Assembly: GCA_964344755.1 (NCBI GenBank)
Contig: CAYFOH010000001.1
Coordinates: 454 to 64,453 of the forward strand
DNA: 64,000 nt
Direction of reading: 5' to 3'
DNA from: an uncultured Methanosarcinales archaeon
Lineage (GTDB): Archaea > Nanobdellota > Nanobdellia > Woesearchaeales > GW2011-AR9
Of the stretch, positions 47,279-57,245 are shown piece after piece. Position numbers and translations under genes: made by a program. The notes under the pieces were generated by a model, which worked only from the letters and a program-made list of their open reading frames with translations, ran no database searches and had not been told where the DNA came from. Numbering within the stretch: position 1 is the first letter of the stretch; every line of letters begins with the position of its first letter.

Positions 47279-49279
47279 TTATGGCCCCTCTTTTTTTGGT
47301 GGGTTGCACATTTTACAAACTCCAAGAGAATCCAATTTTTGTAAATATTTGTTAATAGCGATAACGTAGGCAGCATGGCTCCAGGTAAGAGGAGCTACAG
47401 ACAAAGGTCCTCCCGAATGAGGGTTCAGTTGTTCCGCTAATATACCTGTTTCTAATGAATGTTGGGCTACCCACTCAAAGATTTCAATGACGGGTTGAAG
47501 GTCTTCTGGCTTTTTTGCTTTTTTGATATAATATTCAGCAACCCACAAGGTGGTGATAAACCAAGGATTACCTGGGACATCGTGACTAACTCTTCTATAA
47601 TTATCATCAACGTATCTGGCATAGCCACCTACAGAAGTATTACATTTCAACCGAGAGAGGTAATCTTGCATACTACTTTGAACCCTTGGATCGTCAATAT
47701 CTAAGACATTAAACTCAAAGATGCCATATGTACTGCTGGAATCGGTTGTCATGTCTCTCTTGAGTTTGTTTCCGTCATAATAAACCATTTTGATGAATCT
47801 TTTTTCTTTTTTATCATAGAGATGCTTTAAGATTGCCTCTTTAATTTTCTCCGCAATTTGGAGATATTGTTGGGCTTTCTTCTTCGTCCCAAGAAGTTTT
47901 TCAAAATTAGCAGCTGCCTTAAATCCAGCGTAGACAGTAGAACAAGTGAAAGTGTGAATGCCCAATTTTTCTTCCCAGAGGTCATAACTCTCTTTTGGCA
48001 GTCCTGTTTTTTTATCGATAAAATTAAGCATAAATTCTGCCATTCTTTGTACAAGAGTAGGAAATATTTTTTTAATGTAAATTTTCTCTCCGTGTTGTAG
48101 GTAATGTTTCCAAAGAGCATCTAAAACCAAGGCTAGCTGGTCTTCTTGTATGGGTAGTTGTATGTGCCCATGATTTAGCCAAGAGTGCCAACTACTTCCA
48201 AGTGAGCCATCGGGCCGATATTTATGAAATAGATAACCCTCTTCTGTTATTACAGAATTACAAAACTTAAAGAAGTTTTCAGTAATTTTATTGTAGCGGG
48301 CTCTATCTAAGGATCTAGCAACCAAGGCACCGTCTCTTGGCCACATGTAATTGTAGGTATCTTTTCTAAGATGAAGAAGGTCTGAATCACTTGAAGCAAT
48401 AATGGCACCTCCTTTGTCGACATGTGTATTAATAACTAATAGCGATCTTCTAAAGAGGTTGATGACTTTTTTGCTTAAACGAGGAAATTCGTATTGGGTT
48501 CTGTGAACCCATGCCCTCCAGTAATTTTCCGTTTCTTTTAACAATTGCTTAGGCTTTTTCTTGAGTATGTAGGTGTTTAATTCAGAAACCTCTTTGAATT
48601 TTTTTCCTACACAAATCCAAAAATAAATTTCTTTGTTGCTGTTTGGTTCGAGTTTAAGATGGAAAGAGATCGTTGAATCTACTGATCCATGTTCGATAGG
48701 ATTACCTTGTAGGTGTCCGTCTTCAGCATCTTTGTAGGTCCCTTCCCTTCCGTATTCTCCAACTAACCCAGTGGCATAATTTGTAATACCTTGAATTTTT
48801 TTATCAAAGTAACATCCATTCATTAAAAAGTATCTTTTTCCTTTGTAGTGGACAATTGATTTAACAAAAGGATTGTAATAAACTGTGTCACCTAGATTTG
48901 CCTCAGAGATTTCAAACTGTTGGTGAAAAAATAGTTTGACGTTTCTGATCACAGAGGTTTTATTCTTAATAATTACTTTTCTAAGAAAGACGTTTTTGTT
49001 GTAAATTACAGCATCATTGATTTTTAAATCAATTTTAAGATTATGGTTAGTGGACTCGACTTCGCTAACTAAAGAATCTTTTTTGTACGATAATTTTTTT
49101 GACCATTTATCTGAACTAAACCAACTGAAATTGTTGTCCACCCAAATTCCAAACCGATGGACTTTGCTATTAACATGGTTTTCTTGACCTACGTGTGGAT
49201 AATAGAAGTCTCTAATCTGCCCTTGGGAATCTAGGCCTACAAGAATATTTTCGTTTCCTAATACAAAGTGTCTAGTCAT
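47279..49279 (-). CDS. Glycoside hydrolase family 15 (glucoamylase/glucodextranase-like)
   Basis: N-terminal beta-sandwich plus (alpha/alpha)6 domain with ESYDLWEE catalytic motif; 666 aa. Confidence 0.7.
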   Translation of the reverse strand: MTRHFVLGNENILVGLDSQGQIRDFYYPHVGQENHVNSKVHRFGIWVDNNFSWFSSDKWSKKLSYKKDSLVSEVESTNHNLKIDLKINDAVIYNKNVFLRKVIIKNKTSVIRNVKLFFHQQFEISEANLGDTVYYNPFVKSIVHYKGKRYFLMNGCYFDKKIQGITNYATGLVGEYGREGTYKDAEDGHLQGNPIEHGSVDSTISFHLKLEPNSNKEIYFWICVGKKFKEVSELNTYILKKKPKQLLKETENYWRAWVHRTQYEFPRLSKKVINLFRRSLLVINTHVDKGGAIIASSDSDLLHLRKDTYNYMWPRDGALVARSLDRARYNKITENFFKFCNSVITEEGYLFHKYRPDGSLGSSWHSWLNHGHIQLPIQEDQLALVLDALWKHYLQHGEKIYIKKIFPTLVQRMAEFMLNFIDKKTGLPKESYDLWEEKLGIHTFTCSTVYAGFKAAANFEKLLGTKKKAQQYLQIAEKIKEAILKHLYDKKEKRFIKMVYYDGNKLKRDMTTDSSSTYGIFEFNVLDIDDPRVQSSMQDYLSRLKCNTSVGGYARYVDDNYRRVSHDVPGNPWFITTLWVAEYYIKKAKKPEDLQPVIEIFEWVAQHSLETGILAEQLNPHSGGPLSVAPLTWSHAAYVIAINKYLQKLDSLGVCKMCNPPKKEGP

Positions 49280-49329
49280 CTCTTTTAATGAAATAACACT
49301 CGCTTATATTATATAAGTTTTTGCTTAAT

Positions 49330-49737
49330 TTATTTTTTGAAATAATAAACTATCCACGTGAGAGGGAACCAGATGAAGGCCCATTGGCCGATTACCGCAA
49401 GATCTTTGTCCAAAGTAACAACTTCAAAAAAAGTATAACCACCTGTCTTGGCGATGTAAAGGGCGTTAAACATACCTAATAGAATTCCTGCCATGGTTAA
49501 ATAGAACAAAGTTTTATACTTTTTAAGATCTAAAGACACAAGAAATAATAAAGTCGCATAAGTCAAAGCAAAAATAGCAATATAACGGTCATGAGTAGGA
49601 ATAAATATTTTGTCATGTTCTAAGATGGCTAATCCAAAAAAGTGTAGAAAGAATTCTGAAAGAAAAAAAAGTGCTCCAATCCATAAAAGAATTTTAGTGA
49701 ATAATTGTTTTTGGAAAAATTTAATTTTAAGATTCAT
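49330..49737 (-). CDS. Membrane protein (probable start at internal Met MNLKIKFF; ORF track extends to 49893)
   Basis: Hydrophobic segments. The longer ORF overlaps the opposite-strand ORF 49820..50071. Confidence 0.35.
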   Translation of the reverse strand: MNLKIKFFQKQLFTKILLWIGALFFLSEFFLHFFGLAILEHDKIFIPTHDRYIAIFALTYATLLFLVSLDLKKYKTLFYLTMAGILLGMFNALYIAKTGGYTFFEVVTLDKDLAVIGQWAFIWFPLTWIVYYFKK

Positions 49738-49819
49738 GCAACAAGGTACAAACTCTTTTACTAATAAATTTTTCTGGTAAACTATAAATAGTTTTTTGAA
49801 TTCCTTGTAATTAGGTGAT

Positions 49820-50071
49820 ATGATGTCTTTAGATGCTAAAAGATTTGGATTGGCTGGTGGAATTATTTGGGCGTTCTGTATGTTTGTTTGCACGTTACTT
49901 TCTTTGTGGTTAGGATATGCCGCGAATTTACTAGAACTTCTATCTGGAATTTATCCCGGTTATAATGTAAGTTTGTTGGGAGCTTTTGTAGGTTTGTTCT
50001 ATGGGTTTTTGGATGGGTTTATAGGATTATGGCTTTTGGCGTGGCTTTACAACAAACTGGGTCAGATATAA
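49820..50071 (+). CDS. Small membrane protein (83 aa, Gly-zipper TM helices)
   Basis: GGIIWAFCMFVCTLL..., GAFVGLFYGFLDGFIGLWLLAWL. Confidence 0.4.
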   Translation: MMSLDAKRFGLAGGIIWAFCMFVCTLLSLWLGYAANLLELLSGIYPGYNVSLLGAFVGLFYGFLDGFIGLWLLAWLYNKLGQI

Positions 50072-50074
50072 CTA

Positions 50075-50773
50075 TTAAAGGGACCAACTTAAGACAATTA
50101 GAATAGAATATATTAAAGAACTAATTGTGAAAAATAAAGGGGAACCCTTTCTCCCAAAAGGGATGTAATGTCGTGTGACTGTAAAAAGTAAGAAACCTGT
50201 GGCTAGGCCAACAAGTGACAGTTCGATGAAGGGCATTCTATTTGTCCATATAAAGAGAGCAAATAAAGTTCCTAGTAACGTAGAACTTGAAAGAAAAATA
50301 ACTTTCCTTTTTGAGAGGTGGGGTTCAGCGGGAAGATTGCTAATAATGGTATAAGCTAGAACTGAAAATCCGAAGAGTAAACTTTCTGCTAACCCATCAT
50401 GTGCAATAGTTACTAGAACTATTCCTAAGATAACGTTGTGAATAAAATAAAATACATTTTCCTCTAGTGAGAGGCTTTTGATAAGGTGATGGTACTTTTT
50501 GTGTTTATAAATCTCTTTTTCTACAATGTGATGGACAACAAAACCTAATAAAACTGTTATAAAAAGAAGTTTACTGATACTAAAAGCTGCTTCAGTGAAA
50601 AAAGGAAATAGTTCAAGTAGTATATAGGTAATAGAAACGCCAGCAGTGGTAGAGACTATTTTTTGTGTATAAGGTTTATGTTCGAGATTAACTCTTTTAC
50701 TCCAATACTCTGTTAAACCAATGGTCAAGGCAATCACAATGGCTAAAATTTCTATCCGCATATCCTCATACAA
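50075..50773 (-). CDS. Polytopic membrane protein, possibly a ZIP-like metal transporter
   Basis: 6-7 TM; His-rich loop HHIVEKEIYKHKKYHH. Confidence 0.3.
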   Translation of the reverse strand: MYEDMRIEILAIVIALTIGLTEYWSKRVNLEHKPYTQKIVSTTAGVSITYILLELFPFFTEAAFSISKLLFITVLLGFVVHHIVEKEIYKHKKYHHLIKSLSLEENVFYFIHNVILGIVLVTIAHDGLAESLLFGFSVLAYTIISNLPAEPHLSKRKVIFLSSSTLLGTLFALFIWTNRMPFIELSLVGLATGFLLFTVTRHYIPFGRKGSPLFFTISSLIYSILIVLSWSL

Positions 50774-50821
50774 TATTTTGGGATTTAAATACTTTTTTCT
50801 AAATTAAAAAAAAGAAAGAAA

Positions 50822-50980
50822 TTATTTCTTTCCGAGAATTCTAAACATAGTTGTTCCACAATCAGGACATTTTCCTTTCATGGCTCTTCTTTCAACTCCG
50901 CCTTTTCCTTTCATAGAAACTTCTTTAGCTTCAGACATTTCTCTTTTTGCTTTACATTTAACGCAATATCCTTCGGTCAT
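50822..50980 (-). CDS. Unannotated 52-aa zinc-ribbon protein (two CxxC pairs)
   Basis: Hand translation MTEGYCVKCKAKREMSEAKEVSMKGKGGVERRAMKGKCPDCGTTMFRILGKK. GGAGG 8 nt upstream of the ATG. Confidence 0.5.
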   Translation of the reverse strand: MTEGYCVKCKAKREMSEAKEVSMKGKGGVERRAMKGKCPDCGTTMFRILGKK

Positions 50981-51084
50981 TTTAATAATTCCTCCTGTTT
51001 AAGTTTTCGGTAGAACAAGGCTTCCAAAAACCTCTTTTAAGAATAAAATGGTTCCTTCTATTAAAAAGGTTTCGGCATTTGAGA

Positions 51085-53526
51085 CTATTTCTCGATGCCT
51101 ATTTTAATATTGAACTTTTCTGTTTCTAGACTGGTTTTCCCTTCAAACAGGATATTTCTGACTCTTAATACTGCTTTTAGATCATCTTTAACAGAGTTAA
51201 TAAGCTCATTGAATTCTGATTCGTTCCCTATAAGTATTAAGTTATTGATATCTTCTTTTAATGACATTTGCTGATCTGATTTAAATTTTCTAACAGTATT
51301 AACAATGTCCACAATTAAATCCCCGACAACTTCTGCGTGGTTGTTGATACATTTCTTTTCAACCTTAGGCCAGTTAGATAAATGGATACTTGAATCTTTT
51401 TCTTTTTCTTTAAAGTAAAGCTGATAAATTTCTTCGGTAACGTGTGGCATAAATGGTGCTGCGAGTTTTAATATGGTGAGAAGAGAAGTATATAATGCTT
51501 GTTGGGCACTTTTTCTTGCTTGAATGCCCCTGGATTCTGGGTTGTATAATCTGTCTTTAACTATCTCTAAATACTGGTCACAAAAGGTGTGCCAGAAAAA
51601 TTTTTCTACAGCTGATTTGACTTTAGAGTATTCATAGTTTTCAAACAAAGTTGTACACTCTATCACTAATTTTTGAAGGTTACTAATGATCCATTGATCT
51701 AAAACTTCTGTAATCTCGCTTTTTTCATAGTCTTTAAAATGTAAGTGGCAGAACTTAAAAGAGTTCCAAAGTTTGTTAGCAAATTTTTGGCCTGTTAGAA
51801 GATCTTTTTCTTGAAAAGGCAAATCGTCACCCAACTTAGAACCAGCTGACATATAACGTAAAGCATCAGCTGAATACTTCTCAACCATGGCTTGAGGTTC
51901 TACAATGTTTCCTTTAGATTTGGACATTTTTTTTCCGTGAGGATCAAGCATCCAACCATTAATGAAACAATCATTCCAAGGCTTCATGTTATAATGAAGT
52001 TGGCTTTTAATAACTGTATTAAACAGCCAGAAAGTTATAATGTCGTGTCCCTGTGGACGCAGGTTCATGGGCTTTGTAATGAGCTTATTGTAGATTGGTT
52101 TATCCTTAAATAATTCTTTAACAATAGTGGGGGTTAAGGAAGATGTTGCCCAAGTATTAATAATATCTTTTTCTCCAGAAATCTCTTTACTTTGGCAGTT
52201 AGGACAAGAATCTACGGGGGGTTTGTCTTCTAAAGGATCTACAGGAAGATCTTCTAATTTTGCTAGAATAGTTTCATTACACTTTTCACAGTACCAAACA
52301 GGAAAAGGAATACCAAAAAAAATTTGTCTAGAGATGCACCAATCCCAACTCAAACCTTGGGCCCAATTATCATAACGATTTTTCATATGTTTTGGGAACC
52401 AATTTAATTCGTTTCCCCACTTTAACATTTCTTTTTTTAGATCTAAGTAACGAATAAACCATTGTTTAGAGTGGACATATTCAATTTCGGTCCCACATCT
52501 TTCGTGGACATTCACAGAATGATTGATAGGTTTTTGATTAATTAGAAGTTGTGCTTCTTTAAGATCACTTATAATTCTTTCACGTGCTTCTTTAATTTTG
52601 AGATTTTCGTAGGGGCCTGCTAGTGAAGACATTTTACCCCATTTTGTAATTGCTGTTTTAATTGTAAGATTGTGTTCCTTTTGCCATTCTACGTCGTTTT
52701 TATCTCCAAAGGTACAACACATAACAATACCTGTCCCTTTTTCTGGGTCAGCTCTTTTGTCTGGAAGAATGGGTACTTCAAAATTGAAAAGAGGTACCAT
52801 GGCCATTTTTCCTTCTAATGGTTGATATCTTTGATCTTCAGGGTGATAAAAAATGGCTACACAGGCAGGTAGAAGTTCCGGTCTTGTTGTAGAAATAATT
52901 AGGTCCTTATTGTTTGCTTTGAAGATAATATCATTAAAAGTTGATGGTTGTTCTTTATCTTCCAACTCAACTTGGGCAATGGCAGTTTGACACTTTGTAC
53001 ACCAGATGGCAGGGGCTTCTTTTCTGTAAGCTCGGCCCATCTCATAGAGTTCTAGGAAAGATTTTTGGCTAATTTTTGTACAATGTTGATTGATAGTTGT
53101 GTAAGATATGTTAAAGTCGCAACTTATTCCTAACCTCTTCCAGTCCTGTACATAACGTGGTCTTAACTCTTCTTTTAACGTTTTTAAACATAGTTTTACA
53201 AATTCTTTCCTACCAAGATCTCTAGCTCTAACTTTTTTAATTTTTTGAATAAGGGTTTGTGTGGGTAATCCGTTATCATCAGTTCCAAAAGGTTGTAGGA
53301 CGTTGTAACCTTGCATTCTTTTAAACCTAGCAATAAAGTCTTGTTGTGAATTGCCAAAAGCATGGCCCATATGCATTTTTCCAGAAACTGTTGGTGGTGG
53401 TGTGTCAATACTAAATATCTCTTTAGAAGTATCTTCAGGGTCGAACTGATAAGTCTTGTTTTCTTCCCAGTATTTTTGCCATTTTGGTTCAGCTTCTTTG
53501 GGGTCGTATCTTTTAGGAATTTCCAT
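51085..53526 (-). CDS. valS: Valyl-tRNA synthetase
   Basis: PPPTVSGKMHMGHAF (HIGH), DWCISRQ, KMSKSKGN (KMSKS); 813 aa. Confidence 0.8.
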   Translation of the reverse strand: MEIPKRYDPKEAEPKWQKYWEENKTYQFDPEDTSKEIFSIDTPPPTVSGKMHMGHAFGNSQQDFIARFKRMQGYNVLQPFGTDDNGLPTQTLIQKIKKVRARDLGRKEFVKLCLKTLKEELRPRYVQDWKRLGISCDFNISYTTINQHCTKISQKSFLELYEMGRAYRKEAPAIWCTKCQTAIAQVELEDKEQPSTFNDIIFKANNKDLIISTTRPELLPACVAIFYHPEDQRYQPLEGKMAMVPLFNFEVPILPDKRADPEKGTGIVMCCTFGDKNDVEWQKEHNLTIKTAITKWGKMSSLAGPYENLKIKEARERIISDLKEAQLLINQKPINHSVNVHERCGTEIEYVHSKQWFIRYLDLKKEMLKWGNELNWFPKHMKNRYDNWAQGLSWDWCISRQIFFGIPFPVWYCEKCNETILAKLEDLPVDPLEDKPPVDSCPNCQSKEISGEKDIINTWATSSLTPTIVKELFKDKPIYNKLITKPMNLRPQGHDIITFWLFNTVIKSQLHYNMKPWNDCFINGWMLDPHGKKMSKSKGNIVEPQAMVEKYSADALRYMSAGSKLGDDLPFQEKDLLTGQKFANKLWNSFKFCHLHFKDYEKSEITEVLDQWIISNLQKLVIECTTLFENYEYSKVKSAVEKFFWHTFCDQYLEIVKDRLYNPESRGIQARKSAQQALYTSLLTILKLAAPFMPHVTEEIYQLYFKEKEKDSSIHLSNWPKVEKKCINNHAEVVGDLIVDIVNTVRKFKSDQQMSLKEDINNLILIGNESEFNELINSVKDDLKAVLRVRNILFEGKTSLETEKFNIKIGIEK

Positions 53527-53747
53527 TATTTTGATTGTAGTAAGGAGTTATTTAAAAAAATGATGGTCTATATTGGTTAGTTGGCTGTTTTGGAATAGGG
53601 TTTAAGTTCTCGTTCTTTATTGATTATTTTTTCTTTATTTTTGAGATTTTGGTGTTACTATTGCGCAATTAACAATAGAAAGGAAGATTTATAAAGGAGC
53701 GACTATTTCTAAGTCTATAATAATCGAAATCGATGAGGTAAAATAAA

Positions 53748-54029
53748 ATGTCATTAAGTAGAAAGTTAAATTGTGTTGGTTGGGGTGCTTTGACTGGTTT
53801 GAATGGTTTTCTTGCTGCACGAAGTCTTTTAGATTATACTAACGCAAGAGCAGTAGCAATTCAAACACAATTAGCGAGAGCTCCTGAATTAACTGAACAG
53901 GCTTATGAAGCAGCAAACAATGCGGCAGAAAGAGCGTTTTCTGGTCAATATTATCTTGGACTAACATGTGCTCTTTTTACAGGTTTTAGTCTTGGATTTA
54001 CATTGTATTATGCAAACAAAGAGGAATAA
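53748..54029 (+). CDS. Hypothetical small protein with C-terminal TM
   Basis: ORF track. Confidence 0.3.
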   Translation: MSLSRKLNCVGWGALTGLNGFLAARSLLDYTNARAVAIQTQLARAPELTEQAYEAANNAAERAFSGQYYLGLTCALFTGFSLGFTLYYANKEE

Positions 54030-54180
54030 TTCTTTATTTTTTAAAATCTTATTTATTTAACTCAAGCCCCTCTTTTTTCTTAAATTTTGGTTTTATTCTC
54101 AGGAAACTTTACTAGGATAAAGTTTCTACAAAGGCTAAATTACAATAAAAAGTATATATAAGTAGCTTATTACGATCAGA

Positions 54181-54723
54181 ATGGGATTGGTACCAGAAAA
54201 AGAAAATGTTCTAAGAGACTACACTCTCATGGCGGTTTATGCTGGGGTTAACTTGTTAGCAAGTTTGCCAGAAATAACTCGGGATGCTTTAACTAAGAGG
54301 CTCGTTAAAAGTGGTTTTGTGAGAAGAGAGAGCTATACTGTAATTTCTGTTGGTTATGAAAAAGACGAAGAGCTTTATAAAATATTTATTGGCACAACTA
54401 ATCAAGAAGTTCCTTCCTTTGAAAACAGACCAGTGTTTCAAAATAATGAACAATGGCGGAATGGACACATCTCTCGTTATGAAGTTAATGAAGAAAATTT
54501 GGTTGAGGCTATTGCACAAGCATATGAATTATATTTAGATTCTTCAGATATAGGAAGTATTAAAGGTTCAAGAATAAGTGTTTCTGAAGTTCCTTTTACG
54601 CACGAGATAGTTAGTTCAATAAGAGACCATCCTTTAAATGTTGTAACCTCCTCTTGGCCGGAGATTAGCAGAGAAAGATTTGCTAAGAAATTGGAAGATC
54701 AATTGGGGAAGAAAATATATTAA
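54181..54723 (+). CDS. Hypothetical protein (180 aa)
   Basis: ORF track. Confidence 0.3.
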   Translation: MGLVPEKENVLRDYTLMAVYAGVNLLASLPEITRDALTKRLVKSGFVRRESYTVISVGYEKDEELYKIFIGTTNQEVPSFENRPVFQNNEQWRNGHISRYEVNEENLVEAIAQAYELYLDSSDIGSIKGSRISVSEVPFTHEIVSSIRDHPLNVVTSSWPEISRERFAKKLEDQLGKKIY

Positions 54724-56142
54724 TCATTCCCCTAGTTTGCTGCCCCTGCTTTGTGATTCTTGCCAGCCAGCAGCTGTAATTCTTATAAACTCAGCGTTTT
54801 CTTGTAAACCTTTAATATCATATCCTCCACCATAACTAATACCGCTCCTTATTCCTTTTAATAGATAACTGACAACCTCTTCTATGGGGCCACGGTAATC
54901 TACTAAAGTAGCCACCCCTTCGACAAAAACGTTTATTCTTTCGTTGACTTTTTGACCTTTAGAATTTTCTTTACGTTCATGGTTACTTGAATAGGAGGCA
55001 CTGCCCATATACCTTTTGTAACGTTTACCTTCCTTGAAAATGATTCTTCCAGGGGCTTCGTCCGTGCCAGCAAATAATCTTCCAGAATAAATACTACTAG
55101 CACCTGCTGCTAAGGCTTTAACTAAATCACCAGGATAGTAAGCGCCTCCGTCGGCAGTCACAGGTACGTTGTATTGTTTAGCTACAGCAACTACGTCCAT
55201 GATTGCGGTTAATTGTGGCATTCCAGAACCAGAGATAATTCTAGTGGTACAAACAGGTGAGGGTCCAATTCCTACCTTTAAACCGTCAGCACCGGCTTCA
55301 ATTAGATCTCTAGCGGCTTCGGCCGTAGCAATGTTGCCAGCCATGATATCAACAGAAAAAGTTTGCTTGAGTTCCTTTAAACGTTGTAAAGCGTAATTGG
55401 AATGGCAATGGGCTATATCTAAAACGATAACGTCAACACCTGCTTCAACCAAGGCTCTGGCTCTTTCGATACTATCTTTAACACCTACGGCACCTGCAAC
55501 TCTTAACCTTCCTTTATTATCGCGACAAGCATTAGGCCAGTATTCTAAACGTTTGATGTCTTTGGTAGTAATCAACCCTTTGATTTGTTCGTTTTTAACA
55601 AGTGGTAACTTTTCAATCCTATTTTTGTGTAAAATCTGTTTGGCTTCTGATAATTCTATGTTAGGAGAAGCAACAATTAATTTTTCTTTTGGTGTCATCA
55701 CTTCTTGAATTGTTTTTCCCCAATCTTCTTCAAAGAGGTAATCTTTGGAAGTGAAGATACCAACCAAATTATTGTTTGATTCTACTAATAAACTAGTAAC
55801 GCTTTCTTCTTGCATTAAATTAACAGCTTGCTTAATAGTAATATTTGGGCGAATAGTAATGGGATATTCAATGATATAACTTGTGCTTCTTTTGACTTTT
55901 TTTACTAACTTTGCTTGTTCTTCAATTGAACAGAACTGATGTATAACTCCTAAACCACCTTCTCTGGCCATGGCAATGGCCATTTTATGTTCTGTTACGG
56001 TGGCCATATTTGAACTAACCAAGGGAATATTTAAGCTAATGTTTTTAGTAAATTTAGTTTCCAGTTTAGCTTCTTTTCTGGATTTTAAGGGAGTTCTCTT
56101 AGGTACTAGCAAGACATCTGAGAAGGTTAATCCTATTTTCAC
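54724..56142 (-). CDS. guaB: IMP dehydrogenase with CBS pair
   Basis: MKIGLTFSDVLLVPK start; catalytic loop GIGPSPVCTTRIISG; CBS domains in the middle. Confidence 0.85.
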   Translation of the reverse strand: MKIGLTFSDVLLVPKRTPLKSRKEAKLETKFTKNISLNIPLVSSNMATVTEHKMAIAMAREGGLGVIHQFCSIEEQAKLVKKVKRSTSYIIEYPITIRPNITIKQAVNLMQEESVTSLLVESNNNLVGIFTSKDYLFEEDWGKTIQEVMTPKEKLIVASPNIELSEAKQILHKNRIEKLPLVKNEQIKGLITTKDIKRLEYWPNACRDNKGRLRVAGAVGVKDSIERARALVEAGVDVIVLDIAHCHSNYALQRLKELKQTFSVDIMAGNIATAEAARDLIEAGADGLKVGIGPSPVCTTRIISGSGMPQLTAIMDVVAVAKQYNVPVTADGGAYYPGDLVKALAAGASSIYSGRLFAGTDEAPGRIIFKEGKRYKRYMGSASYSSNHERKENSKGQKVNERINVFVEGVATLVDYRGPIEEVVSYLLKGIRSGISYGGGYDIKGLQENAEFIRITAAGWQESQSRGSKLGE

Positions 56143-56260
56143 GTTGTTTCTTTTTCTAAGAATTTTAACAGTTTAAATAGATTGTTATAATGTAGTCTCA
56201 GTTTGGCGTTAAATATATATAGGTCTCTCTTGACACATAAGGTAAGGTGATAATCAATTT

Positions 56261-57232
56261 ATGTATTTAGTTGTAATATTGCTACTTATTTTATCTGGAC
56301 TTTTTTCTGGTTTGACTTTGGGGTTGATGAGTTTAAACCCGTTTACCTTACGTAGGAAAATTAAGTTGGGTGATAAGAATGCTAAGAAGGTTTACCCTTT
56401 ACGCAAGGAAGGTAACTTACTACTTTGTACTTTACTTTTGGGTAATGTGGCTGTTAATTCTGCATTAGCTGTTTTTTTGGGATCGTTAACAAAAGGGGTA
56501 GTTGCAGGCCTACTAGCAACCAGTTTGATTGTTGTTTTTGGAGAGGTGTTACCGCAGGCTTTGTTTTCTAGATATTCTTTAAAATTTGGTTCTAAATTTA
56601 CTTGGTTGGTTTATTTTTTTATGTATCTACTTTATCCGATAACCAAACCTTTAGCACTTCTGTTGGATAAATTCCTGGGTGGCGAGTTACCAACAGTTTT
56701 TTCAAAAAAGGAATTTCATCTGTTCTTAGAAAAGCAAAAAGAGCTTAAAGATTCTGATATTAAGTCTCATGAGTTTGAAATTTTGAAAAAAGGTTTAATC
56801 TTTTCTGAGATCCAGGTTAGAAATATTATGATTTCCAAGGATAAAACATTTATGGTTTCAGCAAATGCTTCTTTGGATAAGGATCTTTTAAGAAAGATCC
56901 ATCAAAAAGGTCACACTCGAATTCCAGTGTATTATCGTAATGAAAATAAGATTGTTGGTTTGTTATATTCTAAAGATTTAATTTTGGTTAGTCCGAAAGA
57001 TGAAAGAAAAGTAAAACATGTAATGAGAAAGAGAATTTATTATATCTCGGAAAATGCTCCTTTGGATAAGCTATTAAGCTTTTTCAAAGAGAAAAAATCC
57101 CATTTGTTTATTGTTAGAGATAGGGCTAAAAAAATTTTGGGAATAGTAACTTTAGAAGATGTTTTAGAAGAAATAGTTGGAGAAATAGTTGATGAGTATG
57201 ATCTGATCAAAGATATGGGAAGAAGAGAGTAG
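56261..57232 (+). CDS. CNNM/CorC-HlyC family (DUF21 TM domain plus CBS pair) divalent-cation transport protein
   Basis: N-terminal 4-TM DUF21-like region; CBS pair; no C-terminal CorC domain evident. Confidence 0.6.
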   Translation: MYLVVILLLILSGLFSGLTLGLMSLNPFTLRRKIKLGDKNAKKVYPLRKEGNLLLCTLLLGNVAVNSALAVFLGSLTKGVVAGLLATSLIVVFGEVLPQALFSRYSLKFGSKFTWLVYFFMYLLYPITKPLALLLDKFLGGELPTVFSKKEFHLFLEKQKELKDSDIKSHEFEILKKGLIFSEIQVRNIMISKDKTFMVSANASLDKDLLRKIHQKGHTRIPVYYRNENKIVGLLYSKDLILVSPKDERKVKHVMRKRIYYISENAPLDKLLSFFKEKKSHLFIVRDRAKKILGIVTLEDVLEEIVGEIVDEYDLIKDMGRRE

Positions 57233-57245
57233 AAATCCTTAAAAA

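Noticed and set aside
49330-50071. 74-nt antiparallel overlap between ORF 49330..49893 (-) and ORF 49820..50071 (+)
   Set aside because: Most likely a start-codon over-extension of the minus-strand ORF. An internal Met at 49737 gives a non-overlapping membrane protein, so a true overlapping gene pair is not supported.
56229-56254. Bacterial sigma70-like TTGACA ... TGATAAT upstream of the CorC-like gene
   Set aside because: Spacer is only about 13 nt and the organism is archaeal. The nearby AAATATATATAGG at 56211-56220 is the more plausible TATA box.
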